The notes below the pieces were generated by a model. That model was not told where the DNA came from and did no database searches. It saw only the letters and a program-made list of their open reading frames with translations. Below are positions 26,892-37,589 of a stretch of 64,000 bases of DNA, piece after piece. Origin of the DNA: an uncultured delta proteobacterium (lineage in GTDB: Bacteria > Desulfobacterota > Binatia > Binatales > Binataceae). Position 1 is the stretch's first letter. Each line of letters starts with the position of its first letter. Made by a program: the position numbers and the translations under genes. The stretch spans positions 1,472,001 through 1,536,000 of the forward strand of contig CAWJET010000001.1 of the NCBI GenBank assembly GCA_963842085.1, written 5' to 3'.

Positions 26892-28589
26892 TCATTCCCG
26901 GGCGCGATCGAGCAGCTCGCGGGCGGCGCGGCGGAATTTGTCGGACACTTCGCCGCCGAGCATGCGCGCGATCTCCTCGGTGCGATCGCCGGGTTCCAGA
27001 ACCGCTACGCGGCTGCGCGTCGTCCCGCGTCGCTCTTCCTTTTCGACCGTGAGATGGCGGTCCGCGAACGCAGCGATCTGCGCGAGGTGCGTAACACACA
27101 AAATCTGGTGAAAGCGCGAAAGCTGTTTCATCTTGCGGCCAACCACCTGGGCAACTGCGCCGCCGATTCCGGCGTCCACTTCGTCGAAAATCATGGTGGC
27201 GACGCCGCGGCGCTGCGCCTCGAGGCGCTTGAGCGCGAGCATCACGCGTGAAAGCTCGCCGCCCGAGGCAATTCGGAGCAGCGGCATCGCAGGCTGGCCA
27301 ACGTTCGGCGAGAGATGAAACTCGACCGTATCGATACCGAACGGACCGAGCGCCAGGCCGCCGTGCACGAATCCGGCTTCGTCCGGGTCGAGCGCGCCGA
27401 GCCGCGGCTCGAACCCCGGCGAGCGCATCCCGAGCGTCTTCAATTCGGCTTCCATCTTGCGACCGAGCTCGGCGGCGGCGCGGTGGCGAATCGAGGAAAG
27501 TTTATTTGCGTGCGCGGCGAGTTCGTCGAGCGCCGCCGCCATCGCGGCTTCGACCTGCGCCTTTGACTCGCCAATTCCTTCGAGCTCGCCAATCTCGGCC
27601 CGAGATCGCTCCAACGTCTCGAGGGCAGTGTCGATTGACCCGCCGTATTTGCGCTTGAGCCGCGTCAGTTCCTGCAGGCGGTTGTCGATTTCCTCGAGGC
27701 GTGCGGGATCGGCCTCGACTTTGGACGCATACGCGCCCAGCGTGCGCGCCGCTTCCTCGAGGTTCGCGCGGGCCGACTTGATCATCTCGAGTGCATCGCC
27801 AAGTTTCGGGTCGAGCGCGGCCGCGTCGACCAGTCGCGCCTCGGCCCGCGAAACTGTGTCGGTCGCAGCGCCATCGGCGCCGTAGAGCGCCTGCTCGGCC
27901 TCGAGCGCAGCGGCAGCGAGCTTGCCGGCGTTCGAGAGCACGGTTCGCTCGCGCGACAGCGCTTCATCTTCGCCGGCGACGAGGCCGGCGCGCTCGAGTT
28001 CGCTGGTGCGGAACCGTGCGAGTTCCAGCAAATCCGCGCGTTCACGCTCGCGGCGATTCAGTTCCTGAAGACGGGATCGGACTTCTTCCGCGCACACATA
28101 GCGTTCGCGATAGGACGCTAGTTCGTTGTCGAGGTTTGTATAACGATCGAGAATCTCGCGATGGCTCTCGGCGCGGAGCAACGAATGCTGCTCGTGCTGC
28201 CCGTAGACCTGGACCAGCGACGCGCCGATTTTACCGAGGCTCTGCACGGTGGCAAGTTCACCGTCGATTGTCACGCGCGAGCGCCCGCCGCCCTCTGCGA
28301 TCACTCTGCGCACGAGCAGCTCCCGGCGGCCGCCGTTGGTTTTGCGGGCCGCCAGCTCAGGCAAAGCAGCCTCGCCTTCGAGTTCGAACAGTCCCTCGAC
28401 GACCGCTTCCTTCTCGCCGGCGCGAATCATATCGGGCGACGCGCGCGAGCCGAGCAGCAATCCGAGCGCGCTCAGGATGATCGTCTTGCCGGCGCCTGTT
28501 TCGCCGGAGAGCACGTTGAGGCCGGCGCCGAACTCGAGATGGGCTTCCTCGATTATCGCGAAGTTGCGGATGTGCAGTTCGAGCAGCAT
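26892..28589 (-). CDS. recN: DNA repair protein RecN
   Basis: GETGAGKT, ASGGELSR, FDEVDAGIGG and CVTHL motifs. Confidence 0.96.
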   Translation of the reverse strand: MLLELHIRNFAIIEEAHLEFGAGLNVLSGETGAGKTIILSALGLLLGSRASPDMIRAGEKEAVVEGLFELEGEAALPELAARKTNGGRRELLVRRVIAEGGGRSRVTIDGELATVQSLGKIGASLVQVYGQHEQHSLLRAESHREILDRYTNLDNELASYRERYVCAEEVRSRLQELNRRERERADLLELARFRTSELERAGLVAGEDEALSRERTVLSNAGKLAAAALEAEQALYGADGAATDTVSRAEARLVDAAALDPKLGDALEMIKSARANLEEAARTLGAYASKVEADPARLEEIDNRLQELTRLKRKYGGSIDTALETLERSRAEIGELEGIGESKAQVEAAMAAALDELAAHANKLSSIRHRAAAELGRKMEAELKTLGMRSPGFEPRLGALDPDEAGFVHGGLALGPFGIDTVEFHLSPNVGQPAMPLLRIASGGELSRVMLALKRLEAQRRGVATMIFDEVDAGIGGAVAQVVGRKMKQLSRFHQILCVTHLAQIAAFADRHLTVEKEERRGTTRSRVAVLEPGDRTEEIARMLGGEVSDKFRRAARELLDRARE

Positions 28590-28602
28590 CTGCGGCGCGC
28601 GC

Positions 28603-29469
28603 CTATCCCCAGTGGAGCTTGTCGCGCCAGATTTCGAAATACGGATGGGCGGAGCGGATCAGCGAAACGGCGTGGCGTCCGCGATGGATTTTGATCGTGT
28701 CGGCCGGCCCCAATTGCGCCGACTCCTGGCCGTCGACAGTGATAGTCGTGTCGTGATCGGGCGCCTTGACGCAAATCTCGATCTCGTACGTATCCGGCAG
28801 CACCACCGGACGGTTGCTCAGAGTGTGCGGACAGATGGGTGCGAGCACGATCGCGCCCAGAGTCGGGTAAACGATCGGCCCGCCAGCGGAGAGCGCGTAA
28901 GCGGTCGAGCCGGTGGGAGTCGCGATGATCAAGCCGTCGGCGCGATACGAGCAGAAGGCCTCGTGGTTGGCGATTACGTCGAGCTCGAGCATCCGCCCGA
29001 GCGGGCCTTTGCCGACCACCACGTCGTTGAATGCCTGAAACGATTGCGCGAGCTGCTCGGATGCGCGCTCGACGATTGCCTCGAGCATGATGCGCCGATC
29101 GACCTCGTAGTCGCCGGCGAGCACGCGTCCCAAAGCGGCCCGCGCCTCCTTGATCGTCACTTCGGTCAGGAAGCCGAGCCCGCCGAGATTTACGCCGAGG
29201 ATCGGAATCCCCTGCGCTGCGACCAGCCGCGCGACGCCGAGCAACGTGCCGTCGCCCCCGAGCACGACGATGAGGTCGGCGCGCTCGGCGAGGCGATGCC
29301 GCTCGATGGGCTCGGCGCCGATCTTTTTCGCCGTCTCCGGGTCGGCGAGCGGGGTCTTGTGCTGGGTGCGGAGAAAGCTGGTGAGGGTTCGCGCGATGGT
29401 GATCGCTTCGGGCCGCTCGCGCTTGGCGACCAGGCCGACCGTCTTTATGGACCGCTTCACCGCCGCCAT
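28603..29469 (-). CDS. nadK: NAD kinase
   Basis: GGDGT and TPTGSTAY motifs; adjacent to recN. Confidence 0.95.
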   Translation of the reverse strand: MAAVKRSIKTVGLVAKRERPEAITIARTLTSFLRTQHKTPLADPETAKKIGAEPIERHRLAERADLIVVLGGDGTLLGVARLVAAQGIPILGVNLGGLGFLTEVTIKEARAALGRVLAGDYEVDRRIMLEAIVERASEQLAQSFQAFNDVVVGKGPLGRMLELDVIANHEAFCSYRADGLIIATPTGSTAYALSAGGPIVYPTLGAIVLAPICPHTLSNRPVVLPDTYEIEICVKAPDHDTTITVDGQESAQLGPADTIKIHRGRHAVSLIRSAHPYFEIWRDKLHWG

Positions 29470-29532
29470 CAGACACTCATCATGCGCTGAAATCTGCGGC
29501 AACGCGAAAGCATTCAGAGCGCATTCTCAGTC

Positions 29533-29958
29533 TCACTGCGGCACCTGAGGGATCTTGTACGCGGTGCGGGCCGCGGCGGGATTTTCCTTGCCGTACACGA
29601 TCGCCACCGAATTGATATAGTAGCCGGTGGCAGATTCGGTGGTCTGCGCCTTGCTCGTCAGTATGACGATCGCATCAGCGCCCGTTTCACAGGCCTTGCG
29701 CTGCACTGCCGGCAACACGTCGGCCTCGGTCGCATAGACGTTGCCCAATGCCTCCACGATAGCGACTTTGCGATAGTCGGTCAGCGGCTCGTGGCGCAGC
29801 ACCGGCATGTTGCAATCGGGCGGTTTGGCGGCGCGGCCGGACGGCTCCACTTCCGACAGTGTCACCTGCGGCGGCAGCGAAACGACGTGAGCGCATCCCG
29901 CGGCGGCAAGCGCCAGCCCTACGATGATCGCGGTTCGCACGAGTAATGAAGTATCCAC
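29533..29958 (-). CDS. Hypothetical lipoprotein (start uncertain)
   Basis: Lipobox AAGC; KACETGADAI motif. Confidence 0.65.
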   Translation of the reverse strand: MDTSLLVRTAIIVGLALAAAGCAHVVSLPPQVTLSEVEPSGRAAKPPDCNMPVLRHEPLTDYRKVAIVEALGNVYATEADVLPAVQRKACETGADAIVILTSKAQTTESATGYYINSVAIVYGKENPAAARTAYKIPQVPQ

Positions 29959-30081
29959 CGATGGGCGTCGCGGGCAAGAGCGGTTGCGCACGCCTCCGCC
30001 GCTCGCTTTGGGCCGTCTTTAGTATAAAATCGCCAAGCGTTCGCGTCCGCAGATTTCGGAGCGTAAAGGCGGCAGCTCACG

Positions 30082-30957
30082 ATGGCAAACACCCGCAATC
30101 CCACTCGTCCACTCCTTGGTGCGCATATGTCGATCGCCGGAGAAGTCGGCGAGGCGCTGATCCGGGGCAAGCAGGTCGGCTGCGAATGCATCCAGATTTT
30201 CACCAAGTCGTCGCGCCAGTGGGCGTCAAAGCCGTACAGCAAAGAAGAGATCGAGAAGTTCAAACACAATCAGGTCGAAACCGGCATCGCGACCGTGATC
30301 GCGCACGACTCCTACCTGGTGAATCTCGGTGCGCCCGACGACGCTTTGCGAACCAAATCGGTCAAGGGATTTATCGACGAGCTGAATCGATGCGAAGCGC
30401 TCGGCGTGCCCACGCTCGTCGCGCATCCCGGCGCTCACGTCGGCTCAGGCGTCGAGAATGGAATCAAGACGATTGCGAAATCGATCGACGAGGCGCACGC
30501 CGCATGCAAAGGGTTCAAGGTGAAGATCGCACTCGAAATCACCGCGGGCCAGGGCAGCACGCTCGGCCACACCTTTGAGCAGATGGCGCAGATCTTCGAC
30601 GCCGTCGTGGAAAACGAACGCCTGCGCCTGTGTTTCGACACCGAGCACGCGTTTGCCGCCGGCTATGATCTGCGCACGCCGGAAGAATACGAAAATACCT
30701 TCAGCGAACTCGACAAATTCATCGGCATCAAAAAGCTCGCCGCATTTCATCTGAACGATTCGATTAAGGACTTCCACTCGCGCGTCGATCGCCATCAGCA
30801 TATCGGCAAGGGATTCATTGGACTCGACGCGTTTCGCCGCATCCTCAACGATCCGCGATTTTTCGGGCTGCCGATGTGCCTGGAGACGCCGAAGGGCCCC
30901 GACATGAAAGAGGATGTCGAGAACCTGGCGACATTACGCAGTCTATTCAAGAACTGA
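30082..30957 (+). CDS. nfo: Endonuclease IV
   Basis: [16 protein letters not shown] and DRHQHIG motifs. Confidence 0.95.
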   Translation: MANTRNPTRPLLGAHMSIAGEVGEALIRGKQVGCECIQIFTKSSRQWASKPYSKEEIEKFKHNQVETGIATVIAHDSYLVNLGAPDDALRTKSVKGFIDELNRCEALGVPTLVAHPGAHVGSGVENGIKTIAKSIDEAHAACKGFKVKIALEITAGQGSTLGHTFEQMAQIFDAVVENERLRLCFDTEHAFAAGYDLRTPEEYENTFSELDKFIGIKKLAAFHLNDSIKDFHSRVDRHQHIGKGFIGLDAFRRILNDPRFFGLPMCLETPKGPDMKEDVENLATLRSLFKN

Positions 30958-30968
30958 CTAGTTCACCG

Positions 30969-31967
30969 ATGACTAAACGAATACTCACCGGAGACCGTCC
31001 CACCGGGCCATTGCATCTCGGGCATTATGTAGGTTCGCTGCAGAATAGAGTACGCCTTCAGCAAGAATACGATACCTACTTGCTAATCGCAGATATCCAG
31101 GCCCTGACCGACAACTTCGAGCATCCCGAAAAACTCGAAGCCAATATCTTCGAGGTCGCACTCGACTACCTGGCGGTCGGCCTCGATCCGAACAAGGTGA
31201 AGTTCGTGGTGCAGTCGATGGTCCCCGAGCTGACCGAGCTGACCATCTATTTCATGAATCTTGTCACGACCGCGACGCTCGAACGCAATCCGACGCTCAA
31301 GGATGAAATAAAGCAGAAGAATTTCAGCAAGGGGCTGCCGGTCGGCTTCTACACCTATCCGATTTCACAGGCTTCGGACATCACGATCTTCAAGGCGCAT
31401 CTCGTCCCGGTCGGCGAAGACCAGCTGCCGATGATCGAACAGGCGCGCGAGATCGTGCGGCGCTTCAATCGCCTGTACGACAAGGTGCTAATCGAACCGA
31501 AGGCGCTGGTCGGCGAAATGGCGCGGCTGCCCGGAACCGACGGCGGCGCGAAAATGTCGAAGACGCTCGGCAATTGCATCTACCTTGGCGACCCGCCCGA
31601 GGTCGTGCGCAAGCGCGTGATGTCGATGTACACCGATCCGACGCGGCTGCATCCGACCGATCCCGGTCACCTCGAAGGCAATCCCGTTTTCACGTACCAC
31701 GACGTGTTCAATCCGGATAAAGGCGAAGTCGAAGAGCTGAAGGAGCGCTACCGCAAGGGCACGGTCGGCGACGTCGAGGTCAAGGAGAAGCTGTTCAAGG
31801 CGCTGAACGTTTTCCTGGAACCGATCCGCGAGCGCCGCGCGCATTTCGCGTCGAAGCCCGAGCGCGTCCGCGAGATAATCGTCGAGGGTACGCGAAAGGG
31901 GCGCGCCGTCGCGCAGGAGACGATGGCGGAAGTGCGCACCGCGATGAAGATCAGCTACAAGTTTTGA
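30969..31967 (+). CDS. trpS: Tryptophan--tRNA ligase
   Basis: TGDRPTG.LHLGH, VGEDQ and KMSKT motifs. Confidence 0.96.
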   Translation: MTKRILTGDRPTGPLHLGHYVGSLQNRVRLQQEYDTYLLIADIQALTDNFEHPEKLEANIFEVALDYLAVGLDPNKVKFVVQSMVPELTELTIYFMNLVTTATLERNPTLKDEIKQKNFSKGLPVGFYTYPISQASDITIFKAHLVPVGEDQLPMIEQAREIVRRFNRLYDKVLIEPKALVGEMARLPGTDGGAKMSKTLGNCIYLGDPPEVVRKRVMSMYTDPTRLHPTDPGHLEGNPVFTYHDVFNPDKGEVEELKERYRKGTVGDVEVKEKLFKALNVFLEPIRERRAHFASKPERVREIIVEGTRKGRAVAQETMAEVRTAMKISYKF

Positions 31968-31985
31968 TGTTCTCGGGACGGGTAC

Positions 31986-33458
31986 TTAGTACGCCTTGGC
32001 GAAATACGCGCGCGCGGGCGCCGGCTCGCCGCATACCAGGCACTTGCCCGCGACGCCGTCACTCGCGAGTGGAATCACGCGGCAAGTCGCCTTGGTCTCC
32101 TCGCGGATTCGCGTCTCGCACACCGGATTCCCGCACCAATAGACGTAGGCGAAGCCACCGCCGCCCTCGCCCTCCATGTGCTTGCGAAACGCCGCATAGT
32201 CGTCGAACTTTCGCGTATTCGCGATCATCGAGGCCTTCGCCTGCGCGTAGAGATTTTTCTGAATCTCGGCGAGCAGCGCGCCGACGCTCTCCGCGATCGT
32301 CGCGAGCGACGCCTTGCTCTTCGATTCCGGCCCCGACTTGTCGCGCCGCGCGAGCACCGCTTCACCCGAGGCGACGTCGCGCGGTCCGATCTCGATTCGC
32401 GCCGGCACGCCGCGCATTTCCCAATCGTTGAACTTGAACCCCGGCGTCATGCCCTCGCGTTCGTCGATGCGCGCACGAATGCCAGCCTGCGTCAGCAACT
32501 CGAGCGCGGCGCGCGCCGCGGCGAGCACGGTCGCGCCCTCCTCGGGTTTGCGGAAAATCGGCACGACGACCGCTTGCGTCGCCGCGACCGTCGGCGGCAG
32601 CCGCAACCCCTGGTCATCGCCGTGCGCCATCACGATCGCGCCGAGCAGCCGCGTCGATACACCCCAACTCGTCTGCCACACGAACTGCATCTGATTTTGA
32701 TCGTCGAGGTAGCGGATCTCGAACGGCTTGGCAAAGTTCTGGCCGAGAAAATGCGAGGTGCCGCATTGCAGTGCGCGCCCGTCGCCCATCAGACCCTCGA
32801 TCGCGTAGGTCTCGACGGCGCCCGGGAACCGCTCGGCCGCGCTCTTGCGCCCTATTATCAGCGGAATTGCCAGGAACTCCTCAACGAACGCGCGGTACAC
32901 TTCAAGCATTCCGAGCGTCTCGGCTTCCGCTTCCTCGCGCGAGGCGTGCGCCGTGTGCCCTTCCTGCCAGAGGAACTCAGTGGTGCGCAGGAACAAGCGC
33001 GTGCGCATCTCCCATCGCACGACGTTGCACCATTGATTGAGCATCATCGGCAAGTCGCGATGCGACCTGATCCACTGCGCGAACATGTGGTTGATGATCG
33101 TCTCGGACGTGGGACGCACAATTAGGGGCTCCTCGAGTTCCTTGCCGCCGCCGTGCGTGACGACCGCGAGCTCGGGCGCGAACCCCTCGACGTGTTGCGC
33201 CTCCTTTTGCAGGAAGCTCTGCGGGATGAACAACGGGAAGTACGCGTTGCGCGCGCCGGTCTTCTTGATGCGCCGGTCGAGCTCGTCGCGGATCGCCTCC
33301 CAAATCGCAAAACCGTCGGGACGAAACACGATGCATCCGCGTACCGGCGAGTAATCCGCCAACTCCGCGCGGAGGCATATGTCGTTGTACCACGCGGCGA
33401 AATCCTCGCTGCGTGGAGTTACCTTCTTGTCATTTGGCTTTGCTTGCTTTTCCGCCAT
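31986..33458 (-). CDS. proS: Proline--tRNA ligase (archaeal/eukaryotic type)
   Basis: RPTSET, EFLWQEGH and WGVSTR motifs; C-terminal AKAY. Confidence 0.96.
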   Translation of the reverse strand: MAEKQAKPNDKKVTPRSEDFAAWYNDICLRAELADYSPVRGCIVFRPDGFAIWEAIRDELDRRIKKTGARNAYFPLFIPQSFLQKEAQHVEGFAPELAVVTHGGGKELEEPLIVRPTSETIINHMFAQWIRSHRDLPMMLNQWCNVVRWEMRTRLFLRTTEFLWQEGHTAHASREEAEAETLGMLEVYRAFVEEFLAIPLIIGRKSAAERFPGAVETYAIEGLMGDGRALQCGTSHFLGQNFAKPFEIRYLDDQNQMQFVWQTSWGVSTRLLGAIVMAHGDDQGLRLPPTVAATQAVVVPIFRKPEEGATVLAAARAALELLTQAGIRARIDEREGMTPGFKFNDWEMRGVPARIEIGPRDVASGEAVLARRDKSGPESKSKASLATIAESVGALLAEIQKNLYAQAKASMIANTRKFDDYAAFRKHMEGEGGGGFAYVYWCGNPVCETRIREETKATCRVIPLASDGVAGKCLVCGEPAPARAYFAKAY

Positions 33459-33557
33459 TCGTCTTGCGCGAGGATTGTGATTATCGTCAATTGGTACAGT
33501 CTCCGGATAATATCAGCCCAAATCAACCAAGTCCGGAGCGCGCCTGAGGTGAAAGTC

Positions 33558-34277
33558 ATGAGCCTGAGACTCCGGGCAGCCGTCGTCAGCCTCGCGATTA
33601 CTTTGCCGGTCGTTGCGTCACTGGCGTCGGCACAAACCAGCGCCAATCCTTTCGCCGTGCGGACGATCGAGGTTGACGGCAGCGGCGAGACCCGCACATC
33701 TCCCGACACCGCGGATTTGGATGTCGCGATCGATACTGAAGCGAAGACCGCCGAGGAAGCCGCCAGCAGTAACGCCGCGCTGGCCGCGAAGGTGATCGAC
33801 GCCCTCAAGTCCAAGCTCGGCGACAAGGGCAAGATTACCACCGGCGGATATTCGCTGAATCCTGAGTACAGCCAGCGGCCCAGCGAGAATCCCACGATCG
33901 TCGGCTACAACGCGCAGAATAGCGTCACGGTGCATACCGGCGCACTGGACCTCGTTGGCGCACTCATCGATTCTGCGATTGCGGCCGGCGCAAATCGCGT
34001 CAACTCGCTTAACTTCAGCGTCAAGGACGACACCAAGGCGCGCACCGAAGCGATCGCGATCGCAACTCGCGACGCCCGCGCGCAGGCCGACGCGCTCGCG
34101 TCTGCGCTGGGCGTGAAACTCGGCAAGGTGCTCAAGGCCACGACAGTGTCGGAACAGCGGCCGATTCCGATACGGATGGGAAGGGCAATGGCGATGTCGG
34201 CCAATGTCGCAACGCCGGTCGAGCCGGGCGAGGTCACCGTGCCGGCGACGGTTTCTCTGACCTTCGAGATTGAGTAG
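33558..34277 (+). CDS. SIMPL/DUF541 periplasmic protein
   Basis: Signal peptide, V.G.G...PD.A, AGANRV and PGE..V patterns. Confidence 0.88.
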   Translation: MSLRLRAAVVSLAITLPVVASLASAQTSANPFAVRTIEVDGSGETRTSPDTADLDVAIDTEAKTAEEAASSNAALAAKVIDALKSKLGDKGKITTGGYSLNPEYSQRPSENPTIVGYNAQNSVTVHTGALDLVGALIDSAIAAGANRVNSLNFSVKDDTKARTEAIAIATRDARAQADALASALGVKLGKVLKATTVSEQRPIPIRMGRAMAMSANVATPVEPGEVTVPATVSLTFEIE

Positions 34278-34321
34278 GTTCTGCTTTTGCGCTGCCTGCC
34301 GAGCGCGCACATGAGGCCGCG

Positions 34322-34849
34322 ATGCTGAAGCCAGGAGATCTCGCTCCGCCGTTCGATCTCGAATGCGCCCTTAACGGTCGTATCGCACGCTGCAGTCTCG
34401 CGAAAATTTCCACCGAACTGGTTTTGATCTTTTTCTATCCGCGCGATTTTTCCTTCATCTGCCCGACCGAAGTCACCGGCTTCAACAACGCGCTGAAGGA
34501 TTTTACCGCTGAGCAGACGACCATCGTCGGTGTCAGCATCGACAACGTGGACAGCCATCTGCGATGGGCGCGCGAGCTCGGCGGAATCGGTTACCCGCTG
34601 CTCGCCGACCCCGACGGCAGTCTCGCTCGCGCCTATGGCGTTTTCGACGAGGATGAAAAGGTAGCGCTGCGTGCGACGTTCATCCTCGATCGCAAACGCA
34701 AGGTTGCGTTCTCCGCGTCATGCCCGCTGAACGTCGGGCGCAGCGTGATCGAGACGCTTCGAATCGTACGCGCGCTCCGAACCGGCCAGCTCTGCCCCGC
34801 CGATTGGACTCCGGGTGTCCAGTTCGGTCCAACCGATCGCGACTTCTAG
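34322..34849 (+). CDS. Peroxiredoxin (AhpC/TSA, 2-Cys)
   Basis: FYPRDFSFICPTE and LCPADW motifs. Confidence 0.92.
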   Translation: MLKPGDLAPPFDLECALNGRIARCSLAKISTELVLIFFYPRDFSFICPTEVTGFNNALKDFTAEQTTIVGVSIDNVDSHLRWARELGGIGYPLLADPDGSLARAYGVFDEDEKVALRATFILDRKRKVAFSASCPLNVGRSVIETLRIVRALRTGQLCPADWTPGVQFGPTDRDF

Positions 34850-34856
34850 GTCGAGC

Positions 34857-35585
34857 TTGGCCGCAGTAGTCGATCCCGCCGAAAAAAGGCAGCTCTTCGA
34901 GCGGCTCTCGAGCGTCCGCGAAATCGTGTTCGGCGTGCAGGACGGCGTGCTGACGACCGCGGGCGTGCTGTGCGGGCTGAGCGGCGCCGTCTCGCAGCAT
35001 TCGCAGGTGGCGCTTGCCGCGCTCGCTTCCACCGCGGCTGGTGCGCTCTCGATGGCTGCAGGAGCCTATCTGGGCGCGTGCGCGGAAACAGAAGTGCTGC
35101 GCGCCGAGCTCGAACTCGTGCGCGCCGACGCTACCGCAAAGCCCTATACCGTCCAGGAAGGATTGCTCGACGAGCTGTGCAAGGAAGGCCTCAGCCGCGA
35201 GACCGCTTATCGCGTCGTGCGCCTGCTCAGCGCCTCCCCCCGTGCTCTCGCATCGACCGCCGAGGCAAAGATGTTCGGGCTCGGCGGCTCGATGCTCGGT
35301 AATCCGGCGTTGGATGGAGTCGTGATGGGAATCGCCTTCCTCGTCGGTGCGCTGGTGCCGCTGTTGCCGTACATGCTGATTGCGATTCAGCGCTACGACC
35401 TCGCCGGCGCGCTCGCCGCCACCGCGCTCACCCTGTTCGGCGTGGGATACTTCGAGGGATGGCTCGCGCATCGCCGTGATCGGTGGCGACCGGGCGTGCG
35501 CTTTCTTGCGATCGCAATGAGTGCTGCCGCCGCCGGCTACCTGATCGGGCTCGCGATCTCGCCACTCGGTGCGACCGCAGGCTAA
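34857..35585 (+). CDS. VIT1/CCC1 family Fe/Mn transporter (start uncertain)
   Basis: REIVFGVQDG, AGALSMAAGAY and GALVPLLPY motifs. Confidence 0.88.
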   Translation: MAAVVDPAEKRQLFERLSSVREIVFGVQDGVLTTAGVLCGLSGAVSQHSQVALAALASTAAGALSMAAGAYLGACAETEVLRAELELVRADATAKPYTVQEGLLDELCKEGLSRETAYRVVRLLSASPRALASTAEAKMFGLGGSMLGNPALDGVVMGIAFLVGALVPLLPYMLIAIQRYDLAGALAATALTLFGVGYFEGWLAHRRDRWRPGVRFLAIAMSAAAAGYLIGLAISPLGATAG

Positions 35586-35595
35586 CCTTGTTCGC

Positions 35596-35847
35596 GTGAA
35601 AATTCCTGCGTACTCATCGCTGGCCGCATTCCTGGCGCACTACCGCGCGCTCAAATCAGACGTTTCCCGCGGCGCTGATGACGATCAGCTATTCGCCGAA
35701 ATGTCGGCGGTGATCGCAAGCCTCGCGCCCGAAACCCGCGCAGACCTCGATTCCACCGAAGACAGTGCCGGCGCCAGACGCCATCGCGAACGCGCTGAAC
35801 TACAGCTCCGCCGCGAGCTCTCCGCACGCGGGATTGTTGCGGGCTGA
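35596..35847 (+). CDS. Small hypothetical protein
   Basis: Fills the gap within a co-directional operon. Confidence 0.5.
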   Translation: MKIPAYSSLAAFLAHYRALKSDVSRGADDDQLFAEMSAVIASLAPETRADLDSTEDSAGARRHRERAELQLRRELSARGIVAG

Positions 35848-35850
35848 ACG

Positions 35851-36780
35851 ATGCTCGCTTACCTCGTCCGGCGAATCGTTTTCGGCGCTGCGGTCCTTAT
35901 CGGCACGTCGATCATCACGTTCGCAATCGCTTTCATCGTCCCCGCCGATCCCGCGGTCGCGATGGCCGGGGCGAAGGCCGACCCGCAAACCCTCGCCTCG
36001 ATCCGGGCCGAGTTGGCCCTCGACCAGCCGGTCTACGTCCAGTACGCGCGCTATCTCGATCGCGCGATTCACGGCGACCTCGGCCGCTCGTATATCCGGC
36101 GTGAGAGCGTGACCCGGCTGATAGCCGATCGCTTTCCCGCAACCGCCGTGCTGGCAGGCGCGGCGATGGCGTTGTCGTTGATTCTCGGAATCGCGATGGG
36201 CGCGATCGCTGCCGCGTATCGCGGCCGCGCCGCCGACAACCTATTGCTCGTCATATCGCTGGCGCTCGTGTCGATCCCGGTGTTCTGGCTGGGCACGATG
36301 CTGCTGATCGCGGTCGCCGCTAACATTCGCTCGTTTCCCCTTGGCGGTTACAGCGGCGCCACCAGCTTGATTTTGCCGACGCTGACGCTCGCGCTCGGCT
36401 CGGCCGGCTACTATTCGCGCGTCCTGCACACCAGCCTGTGCGACGCGTTCGATCAGGATTACGTGCGCACCGCGCGTGGCAAGGGTCTCTCGCGCGCCCG
36501 CGTGATGCTCAAACATGCGATGGCAAACGCGCTGCTGCCGCTGGTCACTCTCGCCGGGCTCGACCTGGCTGGCCTGCTCTCGGGCGTCGTTCTGACCGAG
36601 ACGGTCTTCAACTGGCCGGGCATCGGGCGGCTGGCGGCCGACGCGATCTTCAACCTCGACATCCCGGTGATCATGGGCACCGTGCTGTTCTCCGCGTTCC
36701 TGATTGTCGTCGCCAACCTGGTCGTCGACCTGCTTTACGCGTGGCTCGACCCGCGCATTCGCCTGGCGGAGACGCGATGA
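35851..36780 (+). CDS. ABC peptide/nickel transporter permease (DppB-like)
   Basis: GDLGRSY, DYVRTARGKG and ETVFNWPGIG motifs. Confidence 0.93.
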   Translation: MLAYLVRRIVFGAAVLIGTSIITFAIAFIVPADPAVAMAGAKADPQTLASIRAELALDQPVYVQYARYLDRAIHGDLGRSYIRRESVTRLIADRFPATAVLAGAAMALSLILGIAMGAIAAAYRGRAADNLLLVISLALVSIPVFWLGTMLLIAVAANIRSFPLGGYSGATSLILPTLTLALGSAGYYSRVLHTSLCDAFDQDYVRTARGKGLSRARVMLKHAMANALLPLVTLAGLDLAGLLSGVVLTETVFNWPGIGRLAADAIFNLDIPVIMGTVLFSAFLIVVANLVVDLLYAWLDPRIRLAETR

Positions 36781-37589
36781 GTCTGCGCCGCTTCGTCACG
36801 CTCGAAACCGTTGGCGCTGCGATGGTCACCGTGCTCGTGATCGTCGCAGTATTCGCACCGATGCTCGCGCCGCACGATCCGACGATCGTCGTCGCGCCGA
36901 CCTTCGGCGATCCCGGCGCGCCCTCGCTCAAATTTCCGATGGGCACCGACGAACTCGGGCGCGACGTGCTCTCGCGCATCATCTTCGGCGCCCGAATATC
37001 GCTCACCGTCGGCGTCGCCGCGATGGCGGTCACGATGACCATCGGCATCGCCATCGGCCTGTGCTCGGGATTCTTCTGCGGCGCGGTCGATTTCCTGCTG
37101 ATGCGCTTCACGGACCTGATGCTGTCCCTGCCGCCGTTGTTGCTCGCGATGGCTCTGGTGGCGGTGCTGGGTCCCAGCTTGCGCACGATCTTCATCGTCA
37201 TCGGTCTCGTTTCATGGACCTCGATCGCGCGCGTGGTGCGTGCGGAAACGCTCACGATGACCCGGCGCGATTTCGTGCTCGGCGCTGAGGCGCTGGGCGC
37301 GCCCTCGCGCCGGTTGATCGCCCTGCACATTCTGCCCAACGTCTTGCCGATAATTGTAGTGATGGCCGCGCTCAGAACCTCCGACACCCTGCTGCTCGAC
37401 GCGGCCCTCAGCTTCCTCGGCCTCGGCGTGCCGCCGCCAACGCCGAGCTGGGGCCGAATGATCGAAGAGGCGACGATTTACTTCCGCACAGCGCCGTGGC
37501 TGGCGACTTTTCCGGGTCTCGCGATCTTCTACGCGGTGCTGAGCTTCAATCTTCTCGGCTACGGATTTCTGCGCAGGCGCTCGCAATGA
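36777..37589 (+). CDS. ABC peptide/nickel transporter permease (DppC-like)
   Basis: GTDELGRDVLSR and LSFLGLG..PPTPSWG motifs. Confidence 0.93.
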   Translation: MSLRRFVTLETVGAAMVTVLVIVAVFAPMLAPHDPTIVVAPTFGDPGAPSLKFPMGTDELGRDVLSRIIFGARISLTVGVAAMAVTMTIGIAIGLCSGFFCGAVDFLLMRFTDLMLSLPPLLLAMALVAVLGPSLRTIFIVIGLVSWTSIARVVRAETLTMTRRDFVLGAEALGAPSRRLIALHILPNVLPIIVVMAALRTSDTLLLDAALSFLGLGVPPPTPSWGRMIEEATIYFRTAPWLATFPGLAIFYAVLSFNLLGYGFLRRRSQ